DNA from: Bigelowiella natans CCMP2755
Taxonomy: Eukaryota; Protista; Cercozoa
Direction of reading: 5' to 3'
Assembly (NCBI GenBank): GCA_000320545.1
Contig: ADNK01002770.1
Location: 5,508-69,507 of the forward strand
DNA length: 64,000 nt
The notes under the pieces are model-generated. The model did no database searches and was not told the DNA's origin. It saw only the letters and a list, made by a program, of their open reading frames with translations. Position 1 is the stretch's first letter, and each line of letters begins with the position of its first letter. Positions 53,301 through 64,000 of the stretch are shown here, in pieces. A program made the position numbers and the translations under genes.

Positions 53301-56300
53301 ACAACCTGACGGCCAACTGACTCTTTCCAATCCCTCCAGGGCCACACAAAAGGTGTACTTGTTTGCCAGCGTCTCGGAGTTCATGGAAAAACTTTTTGAC
53401 TACGTCCTCTCGCCCTACGAAGAAAGGTACTTCATCTGGAGCAGGAATGAACGACATTGCCGCACGAAGTCTTTTCTGGAGTAAAATATAATCAAAAGAT
53501 CTAATTTTAGATGGTGCACGTTTCCTCGAGGGAAGGCAAATGGGTGCCGCATCGACCGAGAAATAAATATGCGTTAGTGTAGAAGTCCGCATAAACATAG
53601 GCGAACACAATAGTGCACTTAAATTCAAAAATAATCTAGATTCAACCTTTTCCGCCTTTTTCTCTGCCTCAATTAGTTTCTTGGCAATGCACACTAAATG
53701 CTGCTTATCCTCAAACAATTTTTTTTTGCTTTGAGATGCTGCAGGCACATCTTTTCTCGACATTTCTTTTGCCATCTTCATGCACATAGCAGGATTGCGT
53801 ACGTCCTTGCCAACCTTTTCGTCTGCGACATGTCCAGTGATAAATCAACACAATCTGCCAATATTGACTGAAACAAATGTTAATACCTTTATAAAGTGTT
53901 GAAAAATGAGAAGGTTTGCATTTCCCACATTGAATGGAAGTTGATTCCAGATACGCATGGAAAAGCTTCTTGAACCTTTCCTTGTTTAAAGTTGGGTCCA
54001 TCTCTACATCCTGGAATTACATAACTTTTTGACTACCCCACTTCGATGTAATAATAAAAAGTACTAAAAATTATATGTTGTACCAAAGAATTCGGGTCAT
54101 CAATTTTTGTCCTTGAAGTGCTCAGTAGCATCAAATATTTGTTTATATTAAGTATCTCATGAAATACAGAAGGTCCGGGGAGGATAGATATGTTGTCGCA
54201 TATCTGAGTGGTTGATAGAAAATGGGGAGGAAGCTCGTTTAAAAATCAGAAACCCAAAATCACATTATAAATCATGCGCAACGTATTATTTAAGTCCCAT
54301 TTAGACTCAGCGATACTTATGAACGCTCACAAGAATTCCCCCAAATGATTTCATCGAAACTAGTCAATTTAGGCATTATCGAGGAAAATCCTTTTTTGTC
54401 GAAAACGCCGGTAATGTCTATCACACGATATTGTCTCCGTCGCAGATGTGTAATTAGAACGAAAACGCACACTTCACACCTATCGATGACCATCCTCTCT
54501 TTCGAGGAGCGAAAATATAATACATACACATAAATACAAACAGATCCCACGCCCAATACCAACCAGCATGATTCGCTTCGATTTTGCTATGTTTTTGAGG
54601 GCGTGGAGGGGCTGTCTTTCATCGGAAGACGTGGACCTAGCCACGGCTGACAAAATGCCTCTTTTGTCGGCAAAATCGGGAAGGTCGACCTGAGAAGATA
54701 TTTCAGGTTCAAGACATGTTAAAAAAAAACAACCAAACCTCGCACACACACAGAGAGGACGAGAAGAAGAAGAGGCAAAGAGAGAGAGGAAGAAAAGTAG
54801 AAGGTGAGGCAAATGAGCGATAGAAAGAGAAAAGAAACAGAAAGAGCGAACTGGGAAACGTGCATACCCAAAATATAGCGTTTGGCCCGTCATTGTCATG
54901 CCACATCCTCCAGGCGACAGCCATTGCTAATGCAGTCTTTCCCGTACCTTTCCCACCCACTATTTGCACCCACTGTGTTGCAAACTCCTTTTCCAAGACA
55001 GCCTGGTCGTTTTTAATGGTAAGACGGCAGTTTTTAACGATCTTCTTATACTGCTCTCGGACCAGATCTCGCGAGAAGAAAGATGCTGGGGCACGAATCC
55101 ACCCTGTCTTGGATTGAATGTGGCGCCTGGGATCCTTGAAATCAAAATCGTACTTGATGTTGTGTGTTTCGTCGCTGTAGTCACAGGGTAAAAGTTTATA
55201 CTTGTTTATTTCGTTTTGAGCTACGTAGGCCCATCTGATCAACTTCTTGATCTCACTTTTTTGCTCTTCTCCCAGATCAGCTTCTTTCGTGAAAACATGA
55301 ACCCAACCATCTTTCAATTGCGTATTAACGTCTTTTTGGGAAGATAGAGTGAAAAGGTCATCGTATACCTCTTCTCCGAATGGCACTTGTCCTTTTGCTA
55401 TGATCTTCGACACTTCTTCGAACTCGACGCACTTGGAGACATTGCCTTTAAGAATGGAGAGCGCTCGGGAGACATTGCCTTCAAGAATGGAGAGCGCTTG
55501 GCCTACCCGCCATTTAACTATCTCTCGAAGTCTTTCTTTCGCCCGCTCAAAAGCATTCAGAACAGTATCCCCTTGTAGCAATCGTCGGTAAAACGCTTTG
55601 GCAAATATCGGAGGGATATTGTCGTCAAGCTTGTCTTCTTTCCGACAAACAATCGCGTGGTTCACCAATCCATCGATAATGAGTTTTTCGCCTACTACCT
55701 CGCTGTGGCACGCTGCTAAAAACACAATCTTTGGCCTGTTCGCTGGAAGTGGGACATTTTGGAACATTTTTCGAAGGGACTCTCCATCCAGGTATGTGTT
55801 GGTGTTGCTACTTACTAGCTCGCCTTCGATGCAAAGGCCTTCTTTCTCTCCATGCCCGCAGTAATGGAAGCAGAAACAACCCGAATCGATCGCGTTTTGT
55901 ATATGCTCCACACTCGCACGCCATCTCGAGAATCGGAATTTGGGGCAAGCACTGATTAAGTCCTGTATGATCTCGTACTCCGTTTCTAGATCAAGTTTTT
56001 GCTCGTCGGAGTGTTTTATCGGGTAAGACGGTACATGAACGCAATGTGGGCTGGGACTTGCTTTCCCGCCGTTTGTGACTTCAAGAAAATGAGATATATA
56101 TATGGGGGGGGGGACGGAAATAAGTGAGCGCAAAGAGAGAAAAAGATACTTTTTGTGCTTTGGTAAGAAACATAATAATGTGATTCATGTCGATATATGG
56201 AGATGGTGGGCGGAATGAGCGGGTGGTAGATCGAGAACGAAGATAACATAGGGTGCGCTGACTTGCTGCTGCTTTAAACTAACTATGACATCATATTCAG

Positions 56301-56633
56301 ATGATAACATCTTCAGGAATAGCTTATGAATAAATTATCCATAAAACTATGCGACCGTAAGAGAATGTTAAATATGTGAGAAAGAAGTGCTGTTCCTACT
56401 CCCACTTACTAAAACGCCATTGTTGTTGCATTTCTCTTCGAATGATTTCGCCACCTTACTGTCAGGAGGGACTTCAATGCCTAACCAGAACGCATAGCAG
56501 CGAATAGCAGCATACTATGAGTAATTGCGTAAAGAAAGGAGCTGGGAAACAGAATTATCTAGTTAACACATTCATCCCATATAAACTGCTCACCGTCCTT
56601 CAAATTGTATTGATTTCATGTGCGCATCAGGTG

Positions 56634-56691
<58 letters not shown>

Positions 56692-57307
56692 AAGATGAAC
56701 GGCACCGGGGGGAGTTGCTAGGAGATGCAAGGAATTGCTAGAAAGGTGTTAGAATTATAGAAAACATACGATAAATTGTTAGTTGGAAAGTGGAGAATAC
56801 CTTTCTTCCTGGAGTCTTCGTCTCTGTCTTCAAGTGAGGACAACACCCTCATCACTCTTCTTACCCGACCTCTTTTTTTTACAACCTCGAACATTTCTTC
56901 CGCTTTCATATCTAGCAGGCCCATTCCGTCGATCTCTTCTTTCTGATAAAAGAGGTGATATGATGCATTACACGCCGTTTAAAAAACTAATAAAAATGCG
57001 GCAGAGCGAGCGGATGAAGTAGGTAGACTTCGTCTTGAGAATAGCCAAACTATAATCTTAATGCGTACTATCTTTTGGAATACCTCTAAGTCAGCAATAG
57101 TGTCGTCTTCAAGCTTAAACTTAGACTTCATCGCTTTGAAATATCGCACAGCATCCCTCCAAGAGAAGTCCTGGAATTGCTTCCTAGTCGTATTAGTGAT
57201 GTCCTCTTGGGACCCTTTTGCCTCGTTGACCTTAGCTGCTGCATCATGTTGAGGATCTACAAAAATGAAACCGTGATTGAACAGTAAAAAATGATATCTG
57301 TATTTAT

Positions 57308-57397
<90 letters not shown>

Positions 57398-57551
57398 CGT
57401 TGTGTGTGCGTTGTGTGTGCGTTGTGTGCTGTGTGTGTGTGTGTATGTGCGTCTCTCCCCCTCTTTTTCTTCATCTCTCCTTTTCGATGCATCTTTTTCT
57501 GTATGTCCGCTTACCATCAACACTCTCTGTGCCCTTCATCTCGGAGTTCAT
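50371..57551 (-). CDS. NLR-like STAND protein: SAM - CHAT (caspase-like peptidase) - STAND NTPase - NB-ARC - TPR array; 5' half possibly disrupted
   Basis: SAM: FQDFSWRDAVRYF..|KEEIDGMGLLDMKAEEM..RGRVRRVMRVL (~57200-56830). CHAT: LDLETEYEII, FHYCGHG (~55849-55869), IVFLAACHS (~55702-55728), FAKAFYRRLLQGDTVLNAFERA. NTPase 1: IVGGKGTGKTALA (~54925-54963), AIFW|VDL, LFIITSK, RNPAM. NB-ARC: FVGRE, LCGPGGIGKSQLA (~53311-53349), YWLN, LLVFDDV, VILTSRN, GYPVVL, MHAVTQ. Then 11 TPRs. The start codon at 57551 is tentative. Confidence 0.85.
50612..52063 (-). repeat. Coding tandem repeat: 11 x 132 bp (44-aa TPR units) plus one degenerate unit
   Basis: Consensus VASSYSNIGGVYDSMGKYPEALKEYKKALNMQLAVYGTTKPHPH, nearly identical at the DNA level. 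Confidence 0.97.
57315..57396. repeat. Long compound (CT)n(GT)n microsatellite in the putative first intron of the NLR-like gene
   Basis: Direct reading. Confidence 0.95.
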
Positions 57552-58109
57552 CGATGCTAGGCAACGCAATGTGATGCAAGTAAGGGGGGGTTGCTGAACA
57601 CAGTCAGAGGATCTCTTCTCAGCCGCAGAATGGCCGAGTGGCTGCTTTCGCTAATCCATGAATTTTGACCCTGCGACAACATAAAAAACACTCATTTTTT
57701 TAAAGTTATCTAGATTTTTTATTTATTTGATTTAAGGGTTTCCCATGCTTGCTTGAGAGTCTTTCGCGACATTGCGACAGTGTGACAGACATTTGGGTGG
57801 AAACTGAAGAAATTTCGAAGGTCTTTTTACCGCAGAGAGCACGCAGCATGTTCTTTCCAATCCTAAAGCAGCCACAGGAATCAGTTCTTGCCAACCAGTG
57901 GCACAATCTTGGGTTAGTTCCCGCATGTTACTTGCACAGGAGATTTCATTACGTTTTTTTAGAAATACATGCGAAATGATGCCTGCGACAATAAAATATT
58001 CATGATTCAATTTCTCACAGGTGCCGTACATTGAAGGTGCTCGCAAAAGCCAAGCCCCTGGCCCGTTCTTAGATCTGCAGCCAATGTGCAACAGGATATA
58101 GCATACGCA

Positions 58110-58706
58110 ATGGCAATGAGGAAGCTCGGTCTCCAGGCTGTATTTGTGTTTCTTCTCGTTGAAATTGCGTTTGTCATATTCACGCAAAAAAGAAATGGCC
58201 CCGCGGTGTTCAATCTGGGGGGGAGGAAACCGAAGCAGCGCCCCCACCCAGATTTCATATTCAGGGATCATAGATCAGAACGACCACCTTCGAAGGCCCA
58301 TAAAAAGAGGGATTCTGAAGAGGATTCCAAAAAATCAAAGGCAAACTACAAGTATCGGATGCGTGTAAGAAATACTGCCCCAAGGGAGCATTATCTCAAG
58401 GAACTCCCAACTGGTAAGCAAATGAACTTCTACCTCAAGAATTGCCGTATGTCGCCTGGATTCAAGATGGCAATACACAGTAAGTCCAAAGATATTCTGG
58501 ATCCCTTTGACCCAAGGAATAGGGCTGTATATCGCGAGACTTTGGTTCAGTGTGGATTCGATTTTAAGTCATACTACCGAACAAAGAAAGCTCTATCACT
58601 AGACACTCGACCCTCGAAGCAAGCGGCTAGTGGGGGGACAAACCAAGCTTCTGGAATCGGAGGAGAGGAAATCGATCCAGAAGGCCAACTTGAGGAGATG
58701 GAATAA
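58110..58706 (+). CDS. Single-exon hypothetical protein with N-terminal signal peptide/anchor, basic middle and acidic tail
   Basis: MAMRKLGLQAVFVFLLVEIAFVIFT hydrophobic leader within a ~200-codon non-repetitive open frame ending EEIDPEGQLEEME*. Confidence 0.6.
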   Translation: MAMRKLGLQAVFVFLLVEIAFVIFTQKRNGPAVFNLGGRKPKQRPHPDFIFRDHRSERPPSKAHKKRDSEEDSKKSKANYKYRMRVRNTAPREHYLKELPTGKQMNFYLKNCRMSPGFKMAIHSKSKDILDPFDPRNRAVYRETLVQCGFDFKSYYRTKKALSLDTRPSKQAASGGTNQASGIGGEEIDPEGQLEEME

Positions 58707-58849
58707 TGGATTTTGTTTGATGGAAAGAATATAGTGCATTACAGAAAGTACTGCTGGTTAGCTCGTCTCTCACTTAGCTTCTCGTGTCCAATATACGTTC
58801 AACCAGAATGGTCTTACATGTATATCTGAAGGTGGTGTGTACAAAGTAC

Positions 58850-59950
58850 GAAGGTTTCATTAAACACAGTTCTCGGTGAAAGACATTCAATGCAATAAGC
58901 GATGCGATGTACTAGCATAGATCGACGATTTGTAATCGAGCTTCGAATTGTTTCTTGCTATGATTGCAGCTTCTGTGACCATGTTTATGGTTTAATCTAG
59001 TGATGTATCCTACGCACTTGGCCTCCGCATTTCTATCGTCAGTGATGTAGTATGTCTAGACGTATGAGCTGCTATGTGAATGCTGTCTAGCTGTGTACAT
59101 GCTGTCACACACTAGCACATGTAAATGATCTGATAGCACACATATAGACATGCTTATGCATTGCGATTACATTAGTAGCTCAGATGATTCGATCTAGCTA
59201 GCGATTCATGTTTATTTGGCCAATAACGATAGATCGACTGCATGAAATCATCATATCAGACACGCATGTGCGTTCGCGCTAGATGTGCGCTATACGTGAA
59301 CATTGCTAGATAGCTAGATGTAGCCTAGCAGCAGATGACTGCTACTTGTGTGGGCCCTGCAGGTCTAGAGGTCCCAACACCTAGATGCGTGCAGCGTGTA
59401 CAGGCGTGAAGTATAGAAGCACATGAACCATTTTTTGTGGGTGCAAATAAAAACGCACATATGCTCTTTTCATGTCCATCCACAGCTAGATTAGACCTAT
59501 CTAGCTATAGAGACAGCACATGCACCAAAATATAGCTAGCTCTAGAGCTGAAGCTATATAGCTGCTGGATGTCTCTGATTACTTGCTGGCTGTAATATGT
59601 AATGTGCGCAAAGCTAAGAAACTTTTCTCCAGTTCGTATCTGACTGCTTCTAGCTAGCTAGATTTCTTGCGCGCGCGTAGCTAATCTAGCTATGCGCGTG
59701 CATAACTGATCTAGTGATGCAACACGTTGCATGGAACGAACCGTGCAGACAGCGGACGCATTACGTGCTGTCATGGAAGCTGCTAGTGCCATGTCGTGTA
59801 GCAAATCTATATGAGCGAAATATTACTAACTTAAGACCAAACTGCAAGAGCAAATGTTTCTAGCTCAAAAATACTATACGGTAAATCAAGATGAAAAACT
59901 GGACTGTGCTAAAAGTAATCACGCTTGCCCCTAATCTAGACACTCACTGA
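58850..59950. other. CTAG/AGCT/CATG-rich block between convergent genes
   Basis: For example tctagctagctag (~59649) and gctagatagctagatgtagcctagc (~59304). The ORF track has no ORF >=60 aa over this 1.1 kb. Confidence 0.8.
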
Positions 59951-60118
59951 TTGTATTTTGTTCAATGAAAAGTACATTAACGGCGGAATGGCTAATGCAG
60001 AGGGCGCAAGAAGATTTACTCTGATGTACTCCAAACACAGATACTGCAATCAAATTTTTTTTCCGGCGACCTTTTCTGAATATGTTTACCCATCTCGTTG
60101 CATAATCGGTATTCGCCG

Positions 60119-61381
60119 TTAAAAGAAGTTCATAATATTGTTAGCGTCCTGCTGTTGCTGTTGTTGCTGTTGCTGCTGCCGCTGCTGCATCAGCTGTTGC
60201 TGTTGGAACGCGGTGTTCTGTTGCTGCAATTGCCACGTTTGATTAGCCATTTGCTGTTGTTGCTGCTGCGGTGCATAAGCTTGTTGGCTGTATGCCCCTC
60301 CCCCGTACTGCTGATATTGCTGCTGCTGCTGCTGCTGCGGATATCCTGTCGCCCCCTGTGCAAACGGGTTTACCCCCCCTCTTTGCTGGTTCATGAATGG
60401 ATTATGACTGGCTTGGGCTGGCATTCCTCCACCATACGCGCGCTGTGTACCATACGCAGTTTGGCCCGTCCCGTACCCACCCCCGAACCCTCCACCGTAT
60501 TGTGCTTGTTGCTGTTGCGGCTGCTGCTGAGGGGCCGGGTTCTCGAACATGGCCATAATGTCGTTGGTAGTTTTTTCGCTCACAAGGTTCTTAGCCTCCA
60601 CAGGCTTTCCTGGTTGACTGACAGGTTGGGCAGGTTGTTGCGTTTTTGCGTCGCTGTTCCCCTCATCCACCGAGAGAATACCGAATAAGTCCGTGAGTCC
60701 GCCATTCGATTTTTGAGCTTCGGAAGGTGGAGCGGCGCTTGCCTGTGCTGTCTCCCCCGCAGGGAATGCCACCTCTTCAACATCTTGTTTAGCTTTCTTT
60801 TTGTCTTTCCTTTTCTTCTTCTTATCCTTCTTGTCCTTTTTCTTCTTCTTCTTTCCCCCATCTGCCATCTCAGGGACGGGAGCTACCTTGGAGGGGTTCT
60901 GCAGGTCGATCGTCGCGCCCTTTCGAATCCATTCACCATTTACGTACTTTCTGTTCACAAACTTCGCCCGGTTCGTGATGGACCAGCTCATCTTGCGCTT
61001 GTCGGATGTCTCCAGTTTGTACTCGAGGTCATCGTTAACTTTGGCGTTTCCTCGCTGCTCGAGGGTGGTGATCCATTGCTCGTCCACCTCCGTAGTGTCA
61101 ACTGTCACAATGGTAGTTCCCAGTACCTTTTCATGTGCGCCACTGCAGAGCAGACAAAGGTAGACGCCCCACTGGACGTCGATGTAGCGAGGGTTGTGTT
61201 CTCTACAATCAGCACATCTCTTGTTCCCAGATTGTGTTGACATGCGCCGAAGCGTGTCCTGAAACTTCTCGAGACGCTCCTTAAGCTCAAGATACTCCTC
61301 ATCCGTGAGAGTAGAAGTGTCAGCCGGTTTTTGTGACCTACGGCTTCGTGAGTTGCTGGTGGGGGGGGGGTTGCCAAGCAT
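60119..61381 (-). CDS. ArfGAP-domain protein (SMAP/AGFG-like), intronless, with Lys-rich and Gln-rich tail
   Basis: GNKRCADC-x16-CLLCSGAH zinc finger, RGNAKVN, RAKFVNRKYV. The tail has two NPF motifs, LTDLFG, DIMAMF and terminal NIMNFF. Confidence 0.92.
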   Translation of the reverse strand: MLGNPPPTSNSRSRRSQKPADTSTLTDEEYLELKERLEKFQDTLRRMSTQSGNKRCADCREHNPRYIDVQWGVYLCLLCSGAHEKVLGTTIVTVDTTEVDEQWITTLEQRGNAKVNDDLEYKLETSDKRKMSWSITNRAKFVNRKYVNGEWIRKGATIDLQNPSKVAPVPEMADGGKKKKKKDKKDKKKKRKDKKKAKQDVEEVAFPAGETAQASAAPPSEAQKSNGGLTDLFGILSVDEGNSDAKTQQPAQPVSQPGKPVEAKNLVSEKTTNDIMAMFENPAPQQQPQQQQAQYGGGFGGGYGTGQTAYGTQRAYGGGMPAQASHNPFMNQQRGGVNPFAQGATGYPQQQQQQQYQQYGGGAYSQQAYAPQQQQQQMANQTWQLQQQNTAFQQQQLMQQRQQQQQQQQQQDANNIMNFF

Positions 61382-61973
61382 CTTGCCTCTAAAATCTAAC
61401 GATTGTACGGAGGAAGTAGAATCTGTGTCTGGGCGCCTTAAGAATTACGGAAAGAAAATTCAGATGTGGTCACGATGAAGATATCAGTTAGAGGAAGGAA
61501 GCATCTCGTTTTTCTAATTGGCAGCACGAGACTTAATAAGAGATTTTACATATTTCACTGAGAGTACATCCAAAATATCTTGCCGATATTCTTCATCCAG
61601 ATTCTGAGTGACTACCACTGAAGTCGGTTGTCGCAGAGCGCTAATGCCCTGTAATGTTGACATAAGAAGGAATCTACGGAGCGACAGTTTTACAGGGCAC
61701 TAGTACAAAAGATTGGACGTTTGAGGATGTCGTTCATAAAAAACGCCTTTTCTTTTCAGGCAATAAAACTGTTGGATCAACATCGCATTTTTCAAATTTG
61801 AACTGTCAATGAAATGAAGGACAAGCACGGTTCGCCCCTTCCCGTTGCTCCCCCTCCTGTCCCCACTCCCAGAAAGGGGCGCGTATAGATTTGTAGCGTC
61901 TACTTTTTTTGGAGTGTTTATGGCCCCCTGATCAGCTACACGTGGATATCCAACCAGGCGTATAGGTTCTGCG

Positions 61974-64000
61974 ATGTTTTCCACGGCTCGGGCGAAGCTG
62001 TTAGCTTGCTTGTGGGCCTTGGCCGGGACAATCGCATGCGCTGAAGGCATCGAACAGGGAGACAACGTACAGAACTATATGCGACTTGTTTTGTTAGGAA
62101 GATTCAGTAAGATAGTATCAATTTTCCGATTAATTTGTGTCGTTTACCATCCTTGATAATGTTCATCATCACCGCGAAAAGGAGGCTCGCATCCCTGCAG
62201 CAAAAGAACTGAGAATCGACGGACTAGATCCATCAAGATACGCTCAACCCTGGCAGGTTAAGCTATGTTTTCGTACGAAAATAATGCGTGCTTTTCTGCG
62301 GTCGTTAAAAGCAAAATCTTCATCTTCCGCTTATTCCGGAGAGCGCACCAGTATAGGCGCCCCTGTTTCATTTCCGACATAGTTTGCATTAGTTTCCATT
62401 TAGAGATAAGCCATTTTATTTTGTGCTGCATAACAACGCACGTGCCGAACAATATTTGAGAGAATACTCCCCCTCCGACGCCCCCCCCCCCCTTTCTAAA
62501 TCGTCTGCCGCTTCTGAACAGGTGGGGCTCATACTGGCATTAGACAACCCGAATCCAATTCTCAGGTACGTGTCAAATGATTACCCTTTTCTATTCTTAG
62601 AGTGAACTATTACGCACACAATATTGGAAGAGGAATGGATCACTCCATAAACCCTCAGCTGTATTTCGCTTTACTTTTACGTCGCTGCTCCATTAGCTGG
62701 TCCCTCCCCCCGCCGAGCTATCAAAGCCGCGGGTATCTTGTAAATCGGACGCGAGTCGTTTTCCAAGACGCGCTGGGAAAGGTGCTGCACACGTTCCGGG
62801 CTTTGGGCGATAAAATAGATGGTTGATCCCAGGGTGTGAGCGTCGCGCTAATTAGCGACAGCGCTTCGAATATATTACAGCCGCACTCTACCCCCATCCC
62901 GCTCCGCTTTCCCTTCCCCCTCCCCTGCATGCGGGTCTGCCTCGTACACCCAGATAGGCACGCCAGCATTCGGTCACTAGCTTGTGTTATACCATAGGTG
63001 CTATGGATCCATTCCACGCCGCATCAGGAAGAAAAGGAGCTCGGGGCATATCTCCGATATGATGGTCCTCCTCTTACCGCAGGTTCTTTGGCAACTTAAG
63101 TCGTATCCTTCTTCTAATCTTTAGCAACCCTGATCCCCCCCCCCCCCCCTCCCTAAATCTCCTCCCATAATTTCCTCCGTATCATAAAATATCTCAACCG
63201 TCCGCATTGTGTGTCTTAGGCGCTGCCTATTGCTACACGGTTTGGTGGGAGAGGTGGATATTTTGAGCTGATCTTGTTGAAGAAGAGTCACTATTGCCCT
63301 CCAACAGAGGGGAAATGGCTTGCGCATGTGTTTTTCTAATAAAATGTGTATGTGTTTCTTTCAGCACGCACGCACACACACACACACAAATCGTATTTCC
63401 CAATCGATGTATACGCAATACTCAACTCGCCTTCCGCAACTTCGATCAGCGCAAACGGTATATGGTCCCCCCCCTCGGAACCAGCCTGTTTTGAGATGGG
63501 ATTGCATCCCGGAGAGAGGACGCAGCCTCCATCTACACCGCGCCACGCCAAAGATCAGCGAACCAACGAGGCGGCAGACAAACAAGGAGCAACCCATGCG
63601 GGGGGGGGAGGCGATCAAGCAGACCTGGAAAAGGTTGATTGCAACCAATAGAAATTTTGGCTGCGACCCGATGTTACTAGTATATATTTTAATCATATAC
63701 GTTGCGCACCAAACTATCACCAGTCAGAACATCCAATTGGTTTTCGGACCGAGGCAGATAGTTGTCTTTGTTAAATATAAACATATATCGGAAGAATAAG
63801 CCGTTTCGTGAGAGAACGAACGCATCGTTGAGAATTGGCATTATTATTATTTTTTTTTTTTTCAATGGATGGCTATGCAGAATTGGTTGCCGTCCTCATG
63901 GATAGGTATACCCCTCCCCGCCAAAAACCCCCCCCCCGGGCCCCCGGGGGAAATCGGGCCTTATGTGAGTCCTAAGCTCACGTCGAGTGGGGGAAGGTCG
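61974..64000 (+). CDS. Hypothetical secreted protein (multi-exon, probably continues beyond the window)
   Basis: Signal peptide MFSTARAKLLACLWALAGTIACAEG, then exon-like segments EARIPAAKELRIDGLDPSRYAQPWQ|VGLILALDNPNPILR|..SISWSLPPPSYQSRGYLVNRTRVVFQDALGKVLHTF. Later phases are unresolved. Confidence 0.5.

Noticed and set aside
60098-61240. Leu/Phe-rich + strand ORFs resembling membrane proteins
   Set aside because: Antisense of the poly-Gln and poly-Lys tracts of the ArfGAP.
62180-63110. Purple acid phosphatase N-terminal-like pattern (PWQV.L.L...ISW)
   Set aside because: Too weak, no metallophosphoesterase motifs are visible in the window, and exon phases are unresolved.

Overview
Intron-rich eukaryotic (protist) nuclear DNA with very dense intronic microsatellites. 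The style suggests a rhizarian, perhaps a chlorarachniophyte, but this is inference only. Most short ORFs in the supplied track are microsatellite artefacts. Manual GT-AG exon chaining gives about 11 genes: (-) Nup188-like nucleoporin running off the left edge; (-) pepsin-family aspartic protease; (+) ~11 kb multi-exon gene with signal anchor and SH3-like module; (-) SERF/4F5 fusion; (+) small polytopic membrane protein; (-) unknown multi-exon gene; (+) ~12.4 kb STRA6/RBP-receptor-like membrane protein with LRR and possible fascin-like tail; (-) NLR-like SAM-CHAT-STAND-NB-ARC-TPR gene with 11 near-identical TPRs; (+) single-exon signal-peptide ORF; (-) intronless ArfGAP lacking the arginine finger; (+) secreted protein running off the right edge. 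After the first two genes, orientation alternates strictly, and all four convergent 3'-3' gaps carry unusual DNA rich in CTAG/AGCT/CATG/TGCA. Two gaps hold relic ORFs that appear to be decaying by TpA->TpG/CpA. Exon boundaries were read by eye and are approximate.
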